A stretch of DNA of 61,863 nucleotides, filler included. It is 5 parts of 5 records of this genome, joined end to end, with 100 filler letters (N's around TTAATTAATTAA, not from the genome) between each part and the next. Parts side by side here need not be neighbours in the genome. Positions count along the whole stretch, not along the records: positions 18,882 to 39,657 come from SRR22947725_1363; 4 more parts are not named here. One strand, 5' to 3'. Position numbers and translations under genes: made by a program. The notes under the pieces were generated by a model, which did not search any database, was not told the DNA's origin, and worked only from the letters and a program-made list of their open reading frames with translations. Below are positions 26,863 through 37,783 of the stretch, piece after piece. The first letter of the stretch is position 1. The number at the start of each line of letters is the position of its first letter.

Positions 26863-28113
26863 CTATTTCTTCTCCCTAGCCGCAAATGCTGAGGCTGTCG
26901 ACCCTCCACTTAAAACAGGTTCTGATATAGAAATTGGTAAAGGTTTAGTTTTTTCAATGTAAGGAAGTAAAGGAAACAAAACTAAGAAATGGAAAAAATA
27001 ATATGCCGTGGCTATTCTAGATAGCGTTACATAAATACCCTCTGCAGGCATAGCTCCTAAATAACCTAATAAAATACAATCTAGTAAAAGTATCCAGAAG
27101 AATATTTTAAATATTGGCCTGAATTGTGATGACCTTACTGGTGATCTATCTAGCCATGGCAAAACAAATAAAACCGCAATTGCACCAAACATAAAAAGCA
27201 CTCCGCCAAGCTTATCAGGAATTGCTCTTAAAATAGCGTAAAAAGGTAGAAAATACCACTCAGGTACAATATGAGCAGGAGTAACCATTGGGTTAGCTTC
27301 AATATAGTTATCTGGATGCCCCATGAAATTAGGAAAGAAAAATACAGCTGCTGCAAAAAGTGATAAAAATACACTTAATCCAAACAAATCTTTAATCGTA
27401 TAATAAGGGCTAAATGGAATGGTATCTTGAGTTCCTTTTACATCAATTCCAATTGGATTGTTTGAACCAAATCGATGTAGCGCGACCAAGTGAAGAATTA
27501 CAACACCAACTATTACAAAAGGTAAAACAAAATGAAGCGAAAAAAATCTATTTAAAGTTGAGTTATCAACAGAAAATCCTCCCCATAACCATGTGACTAT
27601 GCTTTCGCCAACAACCGGGATAGCTGAAAACAAGTTAGTAATAACAGTCGCACCCCAAAAACTCATTTGACCCCATGGTAAAACGTATCCCATAAAAGCA
27701 GTTGCCATCATTAGTAGTAATATTAAAACCCCTAATATCCACAGCAATTCTCGTGGTGCTTTATATGATCCATAATACAATCCTCTAAAAATATGTATGT
27801 AAACAACAATAAAGAAAAAGCTTGCTCCATTCATATGAATATATCTTATAAGCCAACCATGGTTAACGTCTCTCATAATTCTTTCTACAGAATCGAATGC
27901 ATAATCTACATGAGCTGTATAATTCATAGACAAAACAATTCCAGTTACAATCATAGTTACTAAAGCAAAACCAGCTAAAGAACCGAAGTTCCAAAAATAG
28001 TTTAAGTTTTTGGGTGTTGGGTAATGATTTAACTCATGATCCATAAATGAGAAAACAGGTAATCGGTGATCAATCCATTTTACTACTGGGTTTTTAAATT
28101 TAGACTTTGACAA
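26863..28113 (-). CDS. petB: Cytochrome b
   Basis: [29 protein letters not shown] and PEWY. Confidence 0.98.
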   Translation of the reverse strand: MSKSKFKNPVVKWIDHRLPVFSFMDHELNHYPTPKNLNYFWNFGSLAGFALVTMIVTGIVLSMNYTAHVDYAFDSVERIMRDVNHGWLIRYIHMNGASFFFIVVYIHIFRGLYYGSYKAPRELLWILGVLILLLMMATAFMGYVLPWGQMSFWGATVITNLFSAIPVVGESIVTWLWGGFSVDNSTLNRFFSLHFVLPFVIVGVVILHLVALHRFGSNNPIGIDVKGTQDTIPFSPYYTIKDLFGLSVFLSLFAAAVFFFPNFMGHPDNYIEANPMVTPAHIVPEWYFLPFYAILRAIPDKLGGVLFMFGAIAVLFVLPWLDRSPVRSSQFRPIFKIFFWILLLDCILLGYLGAMPAEGIYVTLSRIATAYYFFHFLVLFPLLPYIEKTKPLPISISEPVLSGGSTASAFAAREKK

Positions 28114-28134
28114 CTATAACTCCTAAAATAAAAT

Positions 28135-28680
28135 TTAACCGATTTTGATAATATTATCTGACAAGAACTCATATGAAGGAACCTCTAGGTTAGTTGGTGC
28201 CGGTCCTTTTCTAATTCTGCCAGAATGATCATAGTGAGATCCATGACAAGGACAGAACCATCCACCATACTGTCCTTTTACATCACCAGACTTTTGACCA
28301 AGTGGCACACAGCCCAGGTGAGTGCAAACGCCAACTAAAACAATAAATTTTTCGTTAGCAACCCTTTCTTCATCAGTTTCAGGATGTCTCATATCATCTA
28401 AAGAAACTTCTTTAGCTAGCTTGATTTCCTCAGGCGTTCTGTGACGTACAAATACAGGCTTACCTCTCCAGGTTACTGTTATAGATTGACCTTCTTCAAG
28501 CGAGGATAAATCTACCTCTGTTGACGCTAACGCTAAAGTATCAGCTGCTGGATTCATTTGATCAATCAAGGGCCAAGCAACTGAAGCCGCACCAATACCT
28601 GCCATAGCATAGGTTGATACAATCAAAAAATCTCTTTTGCCCTCATTTTTACTACTTTGTGAATTTGATTTTGTAGACAT
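28135..28680 (-). CDS. petA: Rieske Fe-S subunit of the bc1 complex
   Basis: CTHLGC and CPCHGS; Tat-like KRDFL leader. Confidence 0.98.
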   Translation of the reverse strand: MSTKSNSQSSKNEGKRDFLIVSTYAMAGIGAASVAWPLIDQMNPAADTLALASTEVDLSSLEEGQSITVTWRGKPVFVRHRTPEEIKLAKEVSLDDMRHPETDEERVANEKFIVLVGVCTHLGCVPLGQKSGDVKGQYGGWFCPCHGSHYDHSGRIRKGPAPTNLEVPSYEFLSDNIIKIG

Positions 28681-28816
28681 GAATATTCCTGTAGAATGTT
28701 ATAATTTATATAAACATTCTTTCAAAAAAATTCTAGTCTTTTTCTACTATAAATATATTTTTTTAAAAATTATATGAATGACTAAATAGTTTTAATTTTT
28801 ATAATATTTATTATTA

Positions 28817-29722
28817 TTACCAACTTACATTTGGAGGCAAACTCATTAGAACTGCTTCAGTATTTCCACCGGTTTTCAACCCAAATATTGTACCTCTATC
28901 ATATAAAAGATTAAACTCAACGTACCTTCCTCTTTTTATTAACTGAGCTTGTCTGTCTTGAGCATTAAAATTAGTTTCAAAACGGTTTCTTATAATTTGA
29001 GAATATGATGACAAAAAGGCTTTGCCGACATCCTTAATAAAAGCAAAATCTTCATCCCAATTATCATTATACAAATAGTCAAAAAAAATGCCACCAACAC
29101 CCCTCGCTTCATCTCTGTGAGGCAAATAAAAATATTCATCACACCATTTTTTAAACTGAGGGTAATATGATTGATGATATTTATCACAAGCATCTTTAAA
29201 GCTCTTGTGGAATAATTCTTTTGATTCTGTATCTTCAAAAATAGGTGTGAGATCTCCACCACCACCAAACCACATTTTTTGATTTTTTCCTTCACCAGTT
29301 ATAAGAAACCGTGTGTTCATATGAGCAGCAGGAACGTATGGATTAAACATATGAGATACAACAGAGATGCCTGAAGCCCAAAACTTCCCATCTTCTTCAG
29401 CGCCTGGTATTTGCCCTCTAAACTCTTCTAAAAACTCCCCATAAACTGTAGAAATATTGACACCTACTTTCTCAAAAACATTACCCTTCATGATAGAAAT
29501 AACACCACCACCACCACCCTCTCTTTCCCATTCTTTTCTTGAAAAGGATATGTTATTATCTTTTGTGGGTGTATTTTCAATTATTTCAAATGATTTACAT
29601 ATTTCATCTCTAAGATGAACAAACCATCTTGTTGCCTCTTTTTTTTTAGAATTTATTTTTTCTGATGTATTGATAGATTTTTGTTTCTTCAATTTCTTGA
29701 GCATTTCTAATTTAACATTCAT
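28817..29722 (-). CDS. hemF: Oxygen-dependent coproporphyrinogen III oxidase
   Basis: FEKVGVNIS, HMNTR, WFGGGGDLTP and RGRYVEFNLLYDRGT. Confidence 0.96.
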   Translation of the reverse strand: MNVKLEMLKKLKKQKSINTSEKINSKKKEATRWFVHLRDEICKSFEIIENTPTKDNNISFSRKEWEREGGGGGVISIMKGNVFEKVGVNISTVYGEFLEEFRGQIPGAEEDGKFWASGISVVSHMFNPYVPAAHMNTRFLITGEGKNQKMWFGGGGDLTPIFEDTESKELFHKSFKDACDKYHQSYYPQFKKWCDEYFYLPHRDEARGVGGIFFDYLYNDNWDEDFAFIKDVGKAFLSSYSQIIRNRFETNFNAQDRQAQLIKRGRYVEFNLLYDRGTIFGLKTGGNTEAVLMSLPPNVSW

Positions 29723-29724
29723 AT

Positions 29725-31086
29725 CTAGTTATTTCTTCCAAGTAAGTTACTGGCAAAATTTAAAAGAGCCTGTTTTGAAAATTTGAAATTATGTTTAACC
29801 CAGAATTCTTCTGATTTATACAATAAATCATTTTGCTCTGAAATCCCAAGATTAGGTTCCATAAATTTTATTTCTTCTCTTTTTAATGGAAATGAAGGCC
29901 ATGCTAAATCAACAAAATTTAATTTATCAAGGATTTCAATAGGCAAAATGTGAAACAAAGCTAATTTATACCAATTGAAAGGTATTCTATCATTTTTAAA
30001 AAGAGATTTATTTCTAAAGTTTAAGTTAACCCTACAATCCCAAATTAATTGTAAGACTTTAATTTCTTTTTCCTTAGAAGATATTTTTTTTAAATACTTT
30101 TGGTCTATTAAAATATCATGGTTATGAATTTGTTTTATAAAATTTAAATACTTTATTTTCTGTTTACTTAATTCAAATCTATTAGCAATAATTTCAATTT
30201 TCTGGATATTATATAAATGAGGTATTAACACACAAATTAAATCAAGCTTTTCATCTTGAATTATATCTATTACCAATGACTTAATATGCTTAATTTGACA
30301 AAAGCTATTAATTTTAAAGCCAGGGTGGATTTTTATTTCAGGAGTATTTTTAATATCAACAAATATATATTTATCTAGTTCTAAATCCTTCATTTTCGAT
30401 AAAGAAAGATCAAAATTTTTCTCTAAAAGAATCTTTAAAAACTCATCTTTAACTCGTTTATTAGATAATATTTTTATATTATTAACTAGTTTAATAACTT
30501 CATTATATGAGCTTTGTAGATTATTAAATTTAGAGAATGTTCCAAAAAAACGACAATACCTAAAAATTCTTAGATAATCTTCTTTAAGCCTTTCTATAGG
30601 ACTCCCAATAAATTTTAGGTTTTTATCAATAATATCCTGATAACCATTATAGGGATCTATTAAATTTCCTTCATAATCTAAATACAAAGCGTTAATTGTA
30701 AAATCTCTTCTTTTTGCATCAATATAAACTGAATCTACAAAATTAACATCCGCTGATCTTCCATAAGTTTTTAAGTCATTCCTTAAACTCGTTATTTGAA
30801 ATTCATCATTATCGAGGAAAACTGAAATTGTGTGGTATTTTATGTTTTTCTGATTAACTCTAATTTTATTTTTATTAATTTTTTCTATAAATGAGTTAAT
30901 TTCAGTATTGATCACAAAATCTATGTCACTGATTGGCTGTTTTAATAAATAATCTCTAATTGCTCCTCCAACAATCCATATTTTTACATCAAGACTACTT
31001 GCAATGTTAAAAATTTTTTTAACATTTTTCTTTTGAAGAAAAAAATTGATTATTTCTTGATGTATAATAAAAGAGCCTTCTTCATT
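29725..31086 (-). CDS. cca: CCA tRNA nucleotidyltransferase (start codon uncertain)
   Basis: Frame stays open upstream of the tracked GTG and contains IVGGAIRD...DIDF; also DAKRRDFTINAL and EDYLRIFR. Confidence 0.85.
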   Translation of the reverse strand, partial: NEEGSFIIHQEIINFFLQKKNVKKIFNIASSLDVKIWIVGGAIRDYLLKQPISDIDFVINTEINSFIEKINKNKIRVNQKNIKYHTISVFLDNDEFQITSLRNDLKTYGRSADVNFVDSVYIDAKRRDFTINALYLDYEGNLIDPYNGYQDIIDKNLKFIGSPIERLKEDYLRIFRYCRFFGTFSKFNNLQSSYNEVIKLVNNIKILSNKRVKDEFLKILLEKNFDLSLSKMKDLELDKYIFVDIKNTPEIKIHPGFKINSFCQIKHIKSLVIDIIQDEKLDLICVLIPHLYNIQKIEIIANRFELSKQKIKYLNFIKQIHNHDILIDQKYLKKISSKEKEIKVLQLIWDCRVNLNFRNKSLFKNDRIPFNWYKLALFHILPIEILDKLNFVDLAWPSFPLKREEIKFMEPNLGISEQNDLLYKSEEFWVKHNFKFSKQALLNFASNLLGRNN

Positions 31087-31515
31087 TTATTTTGAAAAAT
31101 TGCCGTCTCTAACCTTGCCATCTATAATTGATGGGGGGGTATACGAATAACTTGGATCAAAGGCATTTGATTCAAGGTACAAAAAACCAAAGAGAATAAA
31201 TATACAAAAGCCTATTACGCTTGTTAACGATGCAAAAAATACTGAATTATTTACAGTCATTTTTCTTAAAATATATTTTGTTAAGAAAAAGAGAACAATA
31301 TTTAATGGACTATAGCCTAATCTAATAATTATATCCGTAACTAGTTGATGATTGTTTAGTGGAATAACTCCTAAGCTATCACCAGGGTTATATTTTATTT
31401 TGCTATCACCTAAAGAAATTTTATAATGCATTATCTCTTTATTAGAGTTTTTTCCTGATAAAAGTTTAGCCGAAATAATTTCTGCTAAATATGGGTTTTG
31501 TTTATTCCAAATCAT
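31087..31515 (-). CDS. Chimeric ORF: CysJ-like FAD-domain N-fragment fused to a DUF6111-like membrane peptide
   Basis: N-half KQNPY.A...LSG..S.KE..HY.ISL.DS...Y.PGDSLGV.P.N; C-half two hydrophobic segments and YTPPSIIDGKVRDG.F. Confidence 0.6.
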   Translation of the reverse strand: MIWNKQNPYLAEIISAKLLSGKNSNKEIMHYKISLGDSKIKYNPGDSLGVIPLNNHQLVTDIIIRLGYSPLNIVLFFLTKYILRKMTVNNSVFFASLTSVIGFCIFILFGFLYLESNAFDPSYSYTPPSIIDGKVRDGNFSK

Positions 31516-31620
31516 TTAAACACAACTCAATTATTGACCCTTGAATTTCTCTTAAATTTTATTATAGCTTTTAATCATTTATAAACATAATAATATGTTA
31601 TTTTAACTTTTGAGCATAAA

Positions 31621-32415
31621 ATGGCGCTAGAAGTAATCATAATATTATCAATAATTCAAGGTTTTACAGAATTCCTTCCTATATCCTCAAGCGCTCATCT
31701 AGTATTTCTATCTGAAATATTTGGAGATTTTATATCAAAGAGAAATTTTGATGTTTCTCTTCATTTTGGATCCTTATTAGCCGTTATCATTTATTTAAGA
31801 AAAGAAATATTAGAAATCATTTTAGATTTAATTTTTTATAAAAAGAGAGATAAAGATGGTTTCAAAATTTTAATAAACTTAATAATTAGTACAATACCTA
31901 TTGTATGTGTCGGGTTTTTAATTCATTTATACGATTTTGATATAATACGTAGTTTAGAAATTATTGGTTGGTCAACATTAGTTTTTGGAATTATTTTAGG
32001 AATAGCAGACAAAAATCTTAAAATTATTAAAATTTTAAAAAATCTTAAACCAAGGGAGGCTTTTCTTCTTGGTATAGCTCAAACCCTTGCTTTGATTCCA
32101 GGTACCAGTAGATCAGGTATTGTAATAACGGCAGGCTTGTTTATGGGTTACAGTCGATATGAAGCTTCAAAATATTCTTTATTATTATCAATTCCAGTTA
32201 TTTTAGCTGCAACAACATTGGAAAGTTTATCTCTATACAGCGACAAGGGCTCATTATTCAGTCATGAAATGTTTTTAGGAATTGTAATTAGTTTTATAAC
32301 TGCACTAATAACAATAAAATTATTTATGAAATGGATAAATAATGCATCTTTAAAAATATTTGTAATTTACAGAATAATTCTTGGAATTATTATTTTAGTA
32401 TATGCTTATAATTAA
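31621..32415 (+). CDS. uppP: Undecaprenyl-diphosphatase
   Basis: QGFTEFLPISSSAHL and PGTSRSG. Confidence 0.95.
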   Translation: MALEVIIILSIIQGFTEFLPISSSAHLVFLSEIFGDFISKRNFDVSLHFGSLLAVIIYLRKEILEIILDLIFYKKRDKDGFKILINLIISTIPIVCVGFLIHLYDFDIIRSLEIIGWSTLVFGIILGIADKNLKIIKILKNLKPREAFLLGIAQTLALIPGTSRSGIVITAGLFMGYSRYEASKYSLLLSIPVILAATTLESLSLYSDKGSLFSHEMFLGIVISFITALITIKLFMKWINNASLKIFVIYRIILGIIILVYAYN

Positions 32416-33329
32416 TTTTGATAAATTTTTATTAATTCATCTTTTAAATCTTTTGGCTTCACTCCTAAATCTTCGATGCCAGGTAAATTATTAATTAAAA
32501 TATTATCATTTTCTAATAGTATCATTTGGTCCACAGTAAAAGGTGGTCTTGGCAATTTCTGTAAAAAAAATGCTGGAATTTTCATTAATTTAGAGTTTAG
32601 TGGTAAAAAAATTCTTTTTATATTTTTTACTTCTAACAACATTTTCAAAAGTTCTTCAAAACTATAAGTTGAACGGCCACCTAATTCATATAATGCATTT
32701 TTTTTTCTTTTTCCTATCAGTAAATTTATAATACCAGTTGCTACGTCAATTACAGATATAGGTTGAAATTTTGTTGATCTAGAGATTAAGGGTAATACAG
32801 GACTTATAGAAGCCATTTGGGAAAACTGCCCAAAAAAATTATCTCCATGTCCAAATAATAGTGATGGCCTTAGTATTTTAGCATTAGGAAAATTTTCTAA
32901 CAACCTTCTCTCTCCAGAAGCTTTGCTTGATGAGTATTTACTTTTTGAATTTTCAGACACTCCCAATGCAGATATATGAATTAAGTTTCTAACGTTATGC
33001 TTTGAAGACATTTTTCCCAAAATAGCTGGTAAATCAGAATGAACTCTATAAAAATCTCCCCTTTTGTTCTCATATAAAATTCCACACAAGTTTATAACAG
33101 CTTCTACTTTTAAAAAATGATTTTCTATAGACTGAATGTTATCTAAACTCCAGCCAACTATTTTAAGATTATTTTTGGGAATGTATTTGAGATTTTTTTT
33201 TTCTAAAGTTTTTTTCTGACTGAAAACAATGATTTCAAAATCAAATTCACCAAGCATATTAATAAGGTTTTTTCCAAGAAAACCACTTCCACCAAAAATT
33301 AAAATTTTTTTATTTTTATTTTCTCTCAA
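32412..33329 (-). CDS. Complex I NDUFA9-family NAD(P)-binding protein
   Basis: FGGSGFLG, INLCGILYE, HISALG, YSSSKASGE, RPSLLFG and FQPI. Confidence 0.88.
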   Translation of the reverse strand: MRENKNKKILIFGGSGFLGKNLINMLGEFDFEIIVFSQKKTLEKKNLKYIPKNNLKIVGWSLDNIQSIENHFLKVEAVINLCGILYENKRGDFYRVHSDLPAILGKMSSKHNVRNLIHISALGVSENSKSKYSSSKASGERRLLENFPNAKILRPSLLFGHGDNFFGQFSQMASISPVLPLISRSTKFQPISVIDVATGIINLLIGKRKKNALYELGGRSTYSFEELLKMLLEVKNIKRIFLPLNSKLMKIPAFFLQKLPRPPFTVDQMILLENDNILINNLPGIEDLGVKPKDLKDELIKIYQN

Positions 33330-33419
33330 AATACTTACCTTTAACTACCTTAAGATATATGTTAATTATAATTAATATATTTATCTAATATTTTAAAGTT
33401 GAATCAGTAGCTAATTAAA

Positions 33420-34043
33420 ATGACATATTATTTGTATAAAGACGACATACCTTCTGAAATTCAATTTGGAGATATAGTTGCTATAGATACTGAAACCATG
33501 GGTCTTAATTTAAATAGAGATCGTTTGTGCCTTATTCAACTATCTAATGGTGATGGGGATGCTCATTTAGTTCAAATTTCTCCCCAAGCTCTTGCCGATG
33601 AAAACAGCTTTGTAAATTTAAAAAAAATATTTAAAAATCCTAATTCAACTAAATTATTTCATTTTGCTAGGTTTGATATAGCGGTAATTGAAAAAAATAT
33701 ATGCTTATTAGATGGGCCAATGTATTGTACTAAAATAGCATCTAAATTATCACGCACTTTTGGTGCTCGACATGGCCTTGCTGATTTATGTAGAGATCTT
33801 TTAGACATAGAATTAGATAAATACAATCAAACATCTGACTGGGGAACTCCAGATTTATGTGAATCCCAACTCGCTTATGCTGCCTCAGATGTATTATACT
33901 TACACAGGTTAAAAGAAGAATTAGATATAATTCTTAAACGTGAAAAAAGACAAAAAATTGCACTTCAATGTTTTAATTTTTTAAAAACTAGATGCCAGTT
34001 AGATATTATAGGTTTTGATAATTTAGATATTTTTTCGCATTGA
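33420..34043 (+). CDS. rnd: Ribonuclease D (short DEDDy 3'-5' exonuclease)
   Basis: AIDTETMGL, RDRLCLIQ, FHFARFD, SDWG, YAASDV and DIFSH. Confidence 0.9.
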   Translation: MTYYLYKDDIPSEIQFGDIVAIDTETMGLNLNRDRLCLIQLSNGDGDAHLVQISPQALADENSFVNLKKIFKNPNSTKLFHFARFDIAVIEKNICLLDGPMYCTKIASKLSRTFGARHGLADLCRDLLDIELDKYNQTSDWGTPDLCESQLAYAASDVLYLHRLKEELDIILKREKRQKIALQCFNFLKTRCQLDIIGFDNLDIFSH

Positions 34044-34074
34044 TTAACATCAATTAAATTTTTGAATTTCAAAC

Positions 34075-34647
34075 ATGAAAACAATTAATACCAAATTTAT
34101 TTTTGCTTTTTTAATAACAATTTTGATTTTAGTTTTTGTTATAAGCAGCTTTATTAACACAATGGAATCTAAACCAGCTAAAATTCAAAATAATAATATT
34201 AAAGAAGATGCTAAAAAAATAGTTGGTGTTGAAATACGACAACAAAATAAAAAAGGCACGAAATTTTTAATTGTTGCCGATACACTTGAAGAAACAAAAT
34301 CAGAGCTTAATAAAGTTATTCTAGAAAACTCCTTCACAACTATTGATCAAAAAGGAATTTTAACTAAAATTAAGGCTGGACACGCTGTTATTACAAATAA
34401 TTATGAGAACTTTGATTTCTCAGATAAAGTTTTAATTACAAAAAAAAGTAGAGATTTTACTTTGAGAACCAAAACACTTACTGGAACGTTTAAAAAGGGG
34501 AATTATCAAACTAATGACAAAGTTGATATTGTTTCAGGTAATATATCTATAAAAGGAAATGGATTAACAGTTAGAAATAATGGGGAATACATAAAAGTTA
34601 AAGGAAAGGCTTTTCTTGAAATGCTTTTATCAAACGCAAGAAAATGA
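34075..34647 (+). CDS. lptC: LPS export protein LptC
   Basis: N-terminal TM, beta-rich body and position before lptA-lptB. Confidence 0.75.
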   Translation: MKTINTKFIFAFLITILILVFVISSFINTMESKPAKIQNNNIKEDAKKIVGVEIRQQNKKGTKFLIVADTLEETKSELNKVILENSFTTIDQKGILTKIKAGHAVITNNYENFDFSDKVLITKKSRDFTLRTKTLTGTFKKGNYQTNDKVDIVSGNISIKGNGLTVRNNGEYIKVKGKAFLEMLLSNARK

Positions 34648-35456
34648 TTAAAAAAATTTTTGTTTTAATTTTTCTATCTTTATTTTCTTTTTCATCTAAT
34701 GGGTTTGCAGAAAAACAAAATGATAAAAACAGTTCTGAACTCACTGTTGAAGCTGATGATTCTATAGAGTGGTTTGAAAAAGAAAAATATTATGTTGCAA
34801 AAGGAAATGTGATTTTAAAAAAAGATGGTTTTACATTGAATGCTAATTTTGTACAGGCTTATTACGAAATTAAAGATGGTGAGAATGTATTAAACAAAAT
34901 ATTAGCTAAAGATAATGTCACTCTGACAAAAGAAAAGACTAAGGCTACAGGTCAATTAATGACATATAATTTAAATAATAAAATTACTATTTTATCTGGA
35001 CCATTTCAAACACTTACATCACAATCTGGATATGTTGAGTCTAACGAAATCATTAAATTTAATGATTTAAAAAATAAAGCTGAGGCTGAAGGAAAGGTCA
35101 AAGTTATTTTGTCTAACAAAACCGTTATTCGTGCAGACAAAATCAATGCAGATTTAAACCAGAAAGATAAATCTATCGAATATGCTATTGCCAGAGGAAA
35201 TGTTTTTATAGAAAACAAAATTAAAGGTAATAAATCTAAAGCAAATTTAGGTATATATAATTCATCCGATGAAATTATAAAGTTATCTGGAAATGTAACG
35301 CTAACTAATATGGACTCGACTATTAGCGGTTCTAAAGGTGAAACTAATTTAAAAACTGGCATAAGTACTATAGTTAGCGATCCTAATAAAAAACAAAGAG
35401 TAAAAGGTGTTTTTTCTCCAAGAAAAAAGTTAAAAAATGGAGGTAAAACTGAATAA
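34644..35456 (+). CDS. lptA: LptA/OstA-family protein (two beta-jellyroll repeats)
   Basis: Signal peptide, repeated A.GNV motifs and C-terminal RVKGVF. Confidence 0.85.
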   Translation: MIKKIFVLIFLSLFSFSSNGFAEKQNDKNSSELTVEADDSIEWFEKEKYYVAKGNVILKKDGFTLNANFVQAYYEIKDGENVLNKILAKDNVTLTKEKTKATGQLMTYNLNNKITILSGPFQTLTSQSGYVESNEIIKFNDLKNKAEAEGKVKVILSNKTVIRADKINADLNQKDKSIEYAIARGNVFIENKIKGNKSKANLGIYNSSDEIIKLSGNVTLTNMDSTISGSKGETNLKTGISTIVSDPNKKQRVKGVFSPRKKLKNGGKTE

Positions 35457-36228
35457 TTTTGAAGAAGAACTGATTGTGCAAAAAAGTTTTAATTTAGACA
35501 CTCATTTTCCAATTCATAGTTTGAAAGTAAAATCAATTTCTAAAATTTATGAAAAAAGAAAAGTTGTAAACAATGTATCATTAGAACTGAAGCGAGGAGA
35601 AGCAATTGGTCTATTGGGTCCAAATGGTGCTGGAAAAACAACATGCTTTTATATGATAGCAGGTCTTATAGATTGTGACTCAGGTGATATTTACTTGAAC
35701 CAACATCGTATTAATCATCTTCCTATGCATTTAAGAGCTAGAAATGGTATTGGCTATTTGCCTCAAGAATCATCTATATTTAGAGGATTAACTGTTGAAA
35801 AAAATATTTTATCGGTATTAGAAATACAAAATTATACCGGGAACAAAAAAAATCAAAAGTTAGATGAATTATTAAACGAATTTAATCTTAGTAAAATCAG
35901 AAACTCCTATGGAGCAACTCTTTCCGGAGGCGAAAGAAGAAGAACTGAAATAGCTAGAGCTTTAGCTTCAAACCCCAACTATATACTTCTAGATGAACCT
36001 CTAGCGGGGATAGATCCAATAGCTATTAATGATCTAAAAAATTTGATACAGCAATTAAAAAATAAAAATATAGGTGTGCTTATAACTGACCATAATGTTA
36101 GAGAAACATTAGGGATTGTTGATAAAGCGTATATTCTCTTTGACGGCTCTGTTATAATGTCTGGAAGCCCTGAAGAGATTAAAGCAGACGAAAGAGTAAG
36201 AGAAGTATACTTAGGAAATAATTTTTGA
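35437..36228 (+). CDS. lptB: LPS export ABC ATPase
   Basis: [34 protein letters not shown] and VYLG. Confidence 0.96.
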   Translation: MEVKLNNFEEELIVQKSFNLDTHFPIHSLKVKSISKIYEKRKVVNNVSLELKRGEAIGLLGPNGAGKTTCFYMIAGLIDCDSGDIYLNQHRINHLPMHLRARNGIGYLPQESSIFRGLTVEKNILSVLEIQNYTGNKKNQKLDELLNEFNLSKIRNSYGATLSGGERRRTEIARALASNPNYILLDEPLAGIDPIAINDLKNLIQQLKNKNIGVLITDHNVRETLGIVDKAYILFDGSVIMSGSPEEIKADERVREVYLGNNF

Positions 36229-36318
36229 ATTAAATTTATTTATTATAAGCTTGACGGATGCAATAGTTACCATTATTAAACTCGCAGTTTATTAATTCAT
36301 AAAATTTTAGGATATTTC

Positions 36319-36783
36319 ATGAACATTAATGAGATGTTAAATGACAATTCATTTCTAGTTGGCTTTGAAGCAACAAGTAAGAAGCATATACTTAATGAGC
36401 TTTGCAAATTAGCTAATAAAAATTTTAATGTAGATGAAAGAGTTTTATTAGAAAATTTGACGAAAAGAGAAAAACTAGGATCTACAGCTGTTGGAAACGG
36501 TATAGCTATTCCTCATGCCAATGTGTTTAACATTGAAAAACCAAAAGTATTAGTAGCTACTTTATCAAAAGGGCTAGACTTTTATGCTATTGATGAGCAA
36601 CCTGTGGATGTTATATTTTTACTACTAGCACCAAATGAAAATTCATCAGAACATTTACAAGCCCTTGCTTTAATTTCTCGATTGTTAAGGAATAATGAGC
36701 TTACTAACAAGCTCAGGGGTTGTAAAAATGCTGAAAGTGCAATGATGGTATTAACACAAACTGATAGTGAACAAGCCGCCTAA
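36319..36783 (+). CDS. ptsN: PTS EIIA(Ntr)
   Basis: REKLGSTAVGNGIAIPH and HLQALA.ISR. Confidence 0.9.
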   Translation: MNINEMLNDNSFLVGFEATSKKHILNELCKLANKNFNVDERVLLENLTKREKLGSTAVGNGIAIPHANVFNIEKPKVLVATLSKGLDFYAIDEQPVDVIFLLLAPNENSSEHLQALALISRLLRNNELTNKLRGCKNAESAMMVLTQTDSEQAA

Positions 36784-36785
36784 TA

Positions 36786-37769
36786 TTAAGAATTAACCTG
36801 ATTTAATATTAGCTTTTTATCAACAAAATTTATAATTGAATTTATAGCTTCACACGCGATGTCATTAAAACATTCATCTGTCCAGCAAAGAGCATGTGGT
36901 GTAAGAATAACATTCTTATGATTTAGCAACTTACTTGTATTAGCAAGTGGTTCAACCTCAGTAACATCTAAGCCTGCTCCAGCAATTATTTTTTTTTCTA
37001 AAGCATATTCCAAATCCTTCTCATTTATAACTGGGCCCCTAGATAGATTTAATATATACCCACTATTTTTCATGCTAGAAAAAAAGTTTGAGTTTATCAT
37101 CCCTCGAGTAGATTCGTCTAAGTTACACAAAATGGCGATAAAATCACTCTTTTTGGCAAGCTCTATTAATTCTGACTTTTGGGCACCTTTTTTATGAATT
37201 TGTTCTTTAGATAAAAATGGATCATAAGCTAAAATATTTTTAAAAAAGGGTTTAGACAATTTAATAGTTTCAGTACCAATACTACCTGCACCAACAACGC
37301 CTAACGTTTTGTTTGCTAAACCAACCCCCATATGATTTGTTCGTTCATTCCATCTACCACTTCTAACTAAATCATCTTTAATTATTAATTTACCAGCAAT
37401 TGTAAAAAGCATAGTTAAAGTAGCAACGGCAACAGGTCTCCTTACTGCATTAGGTGTATTAGTAACAATAATATTTTTTTGTTTCATAGCATCTATATCA
37501 ACAGAATCATAACCCACCCCAAATCTAGCAATAATTTTTAATTTACAACTATCATTAGATACTGAATTAGCAGTTGCTTTAGGAAGATTTAACAAAATAG
37601 CATCAAATTTGGACGTCATTTCAGGAGTTATCTCCGATATTGATTTATCCATCCAAGAAACATTTATATCAGATCTTTTTTTTAAAATATTTAGAGGAGC
37701 TTCGCCAAAGCATGGCTTATTTTCACTATTCAATAAATCACCTGAAATTCCAACTTCAAACATAACCAA
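36786..37769 (-). CDS. D-2-hydroxyacid dehydrogenase (SerA-like)
   Basis: RFGVGYD, GAGSIG, NLSRG, GLDVTEVEP and TPH. Confidence 0.9.
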   Translation of the reverse strand: MVMFEVGISGDLLNSENKPCFGEAPLNILKKRSDINVSWMDKSISEITPEMTSKFDAILLNLPKATANSVSNDSCKLKIIARFGVGYDSVDIDAMKQKNIIVTNTPNAVRRPVAVATLTMLFTIAGKLIIKDDLVRSGRWNERTNHMGVGLANKTLGVVGAGSIGTETIKLSKPFFKNILAYDPFLSKEQIHKKGAQKSELIELAKKSDFIAILCNLDESTRGMINSNFFSSMKNSGYILNLSRGPVINEKDLEYALEKKIIAGAGLDVTEVEPLANTSKLLNHKNVILTPHALCWTDECFNDIACEAINSIINFVDKKLILNQVNS

Positions 37770-37783
37770 AGCCCCTTTTATAA

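Noticed and set aside
33330-33419. Possible CtrA boxes (TTAA-n7-TTAA) in contig 2 spacers
   Set aside because: Spacing is imperfect, and TTAA is expected by chance in such AT-rich DNA.
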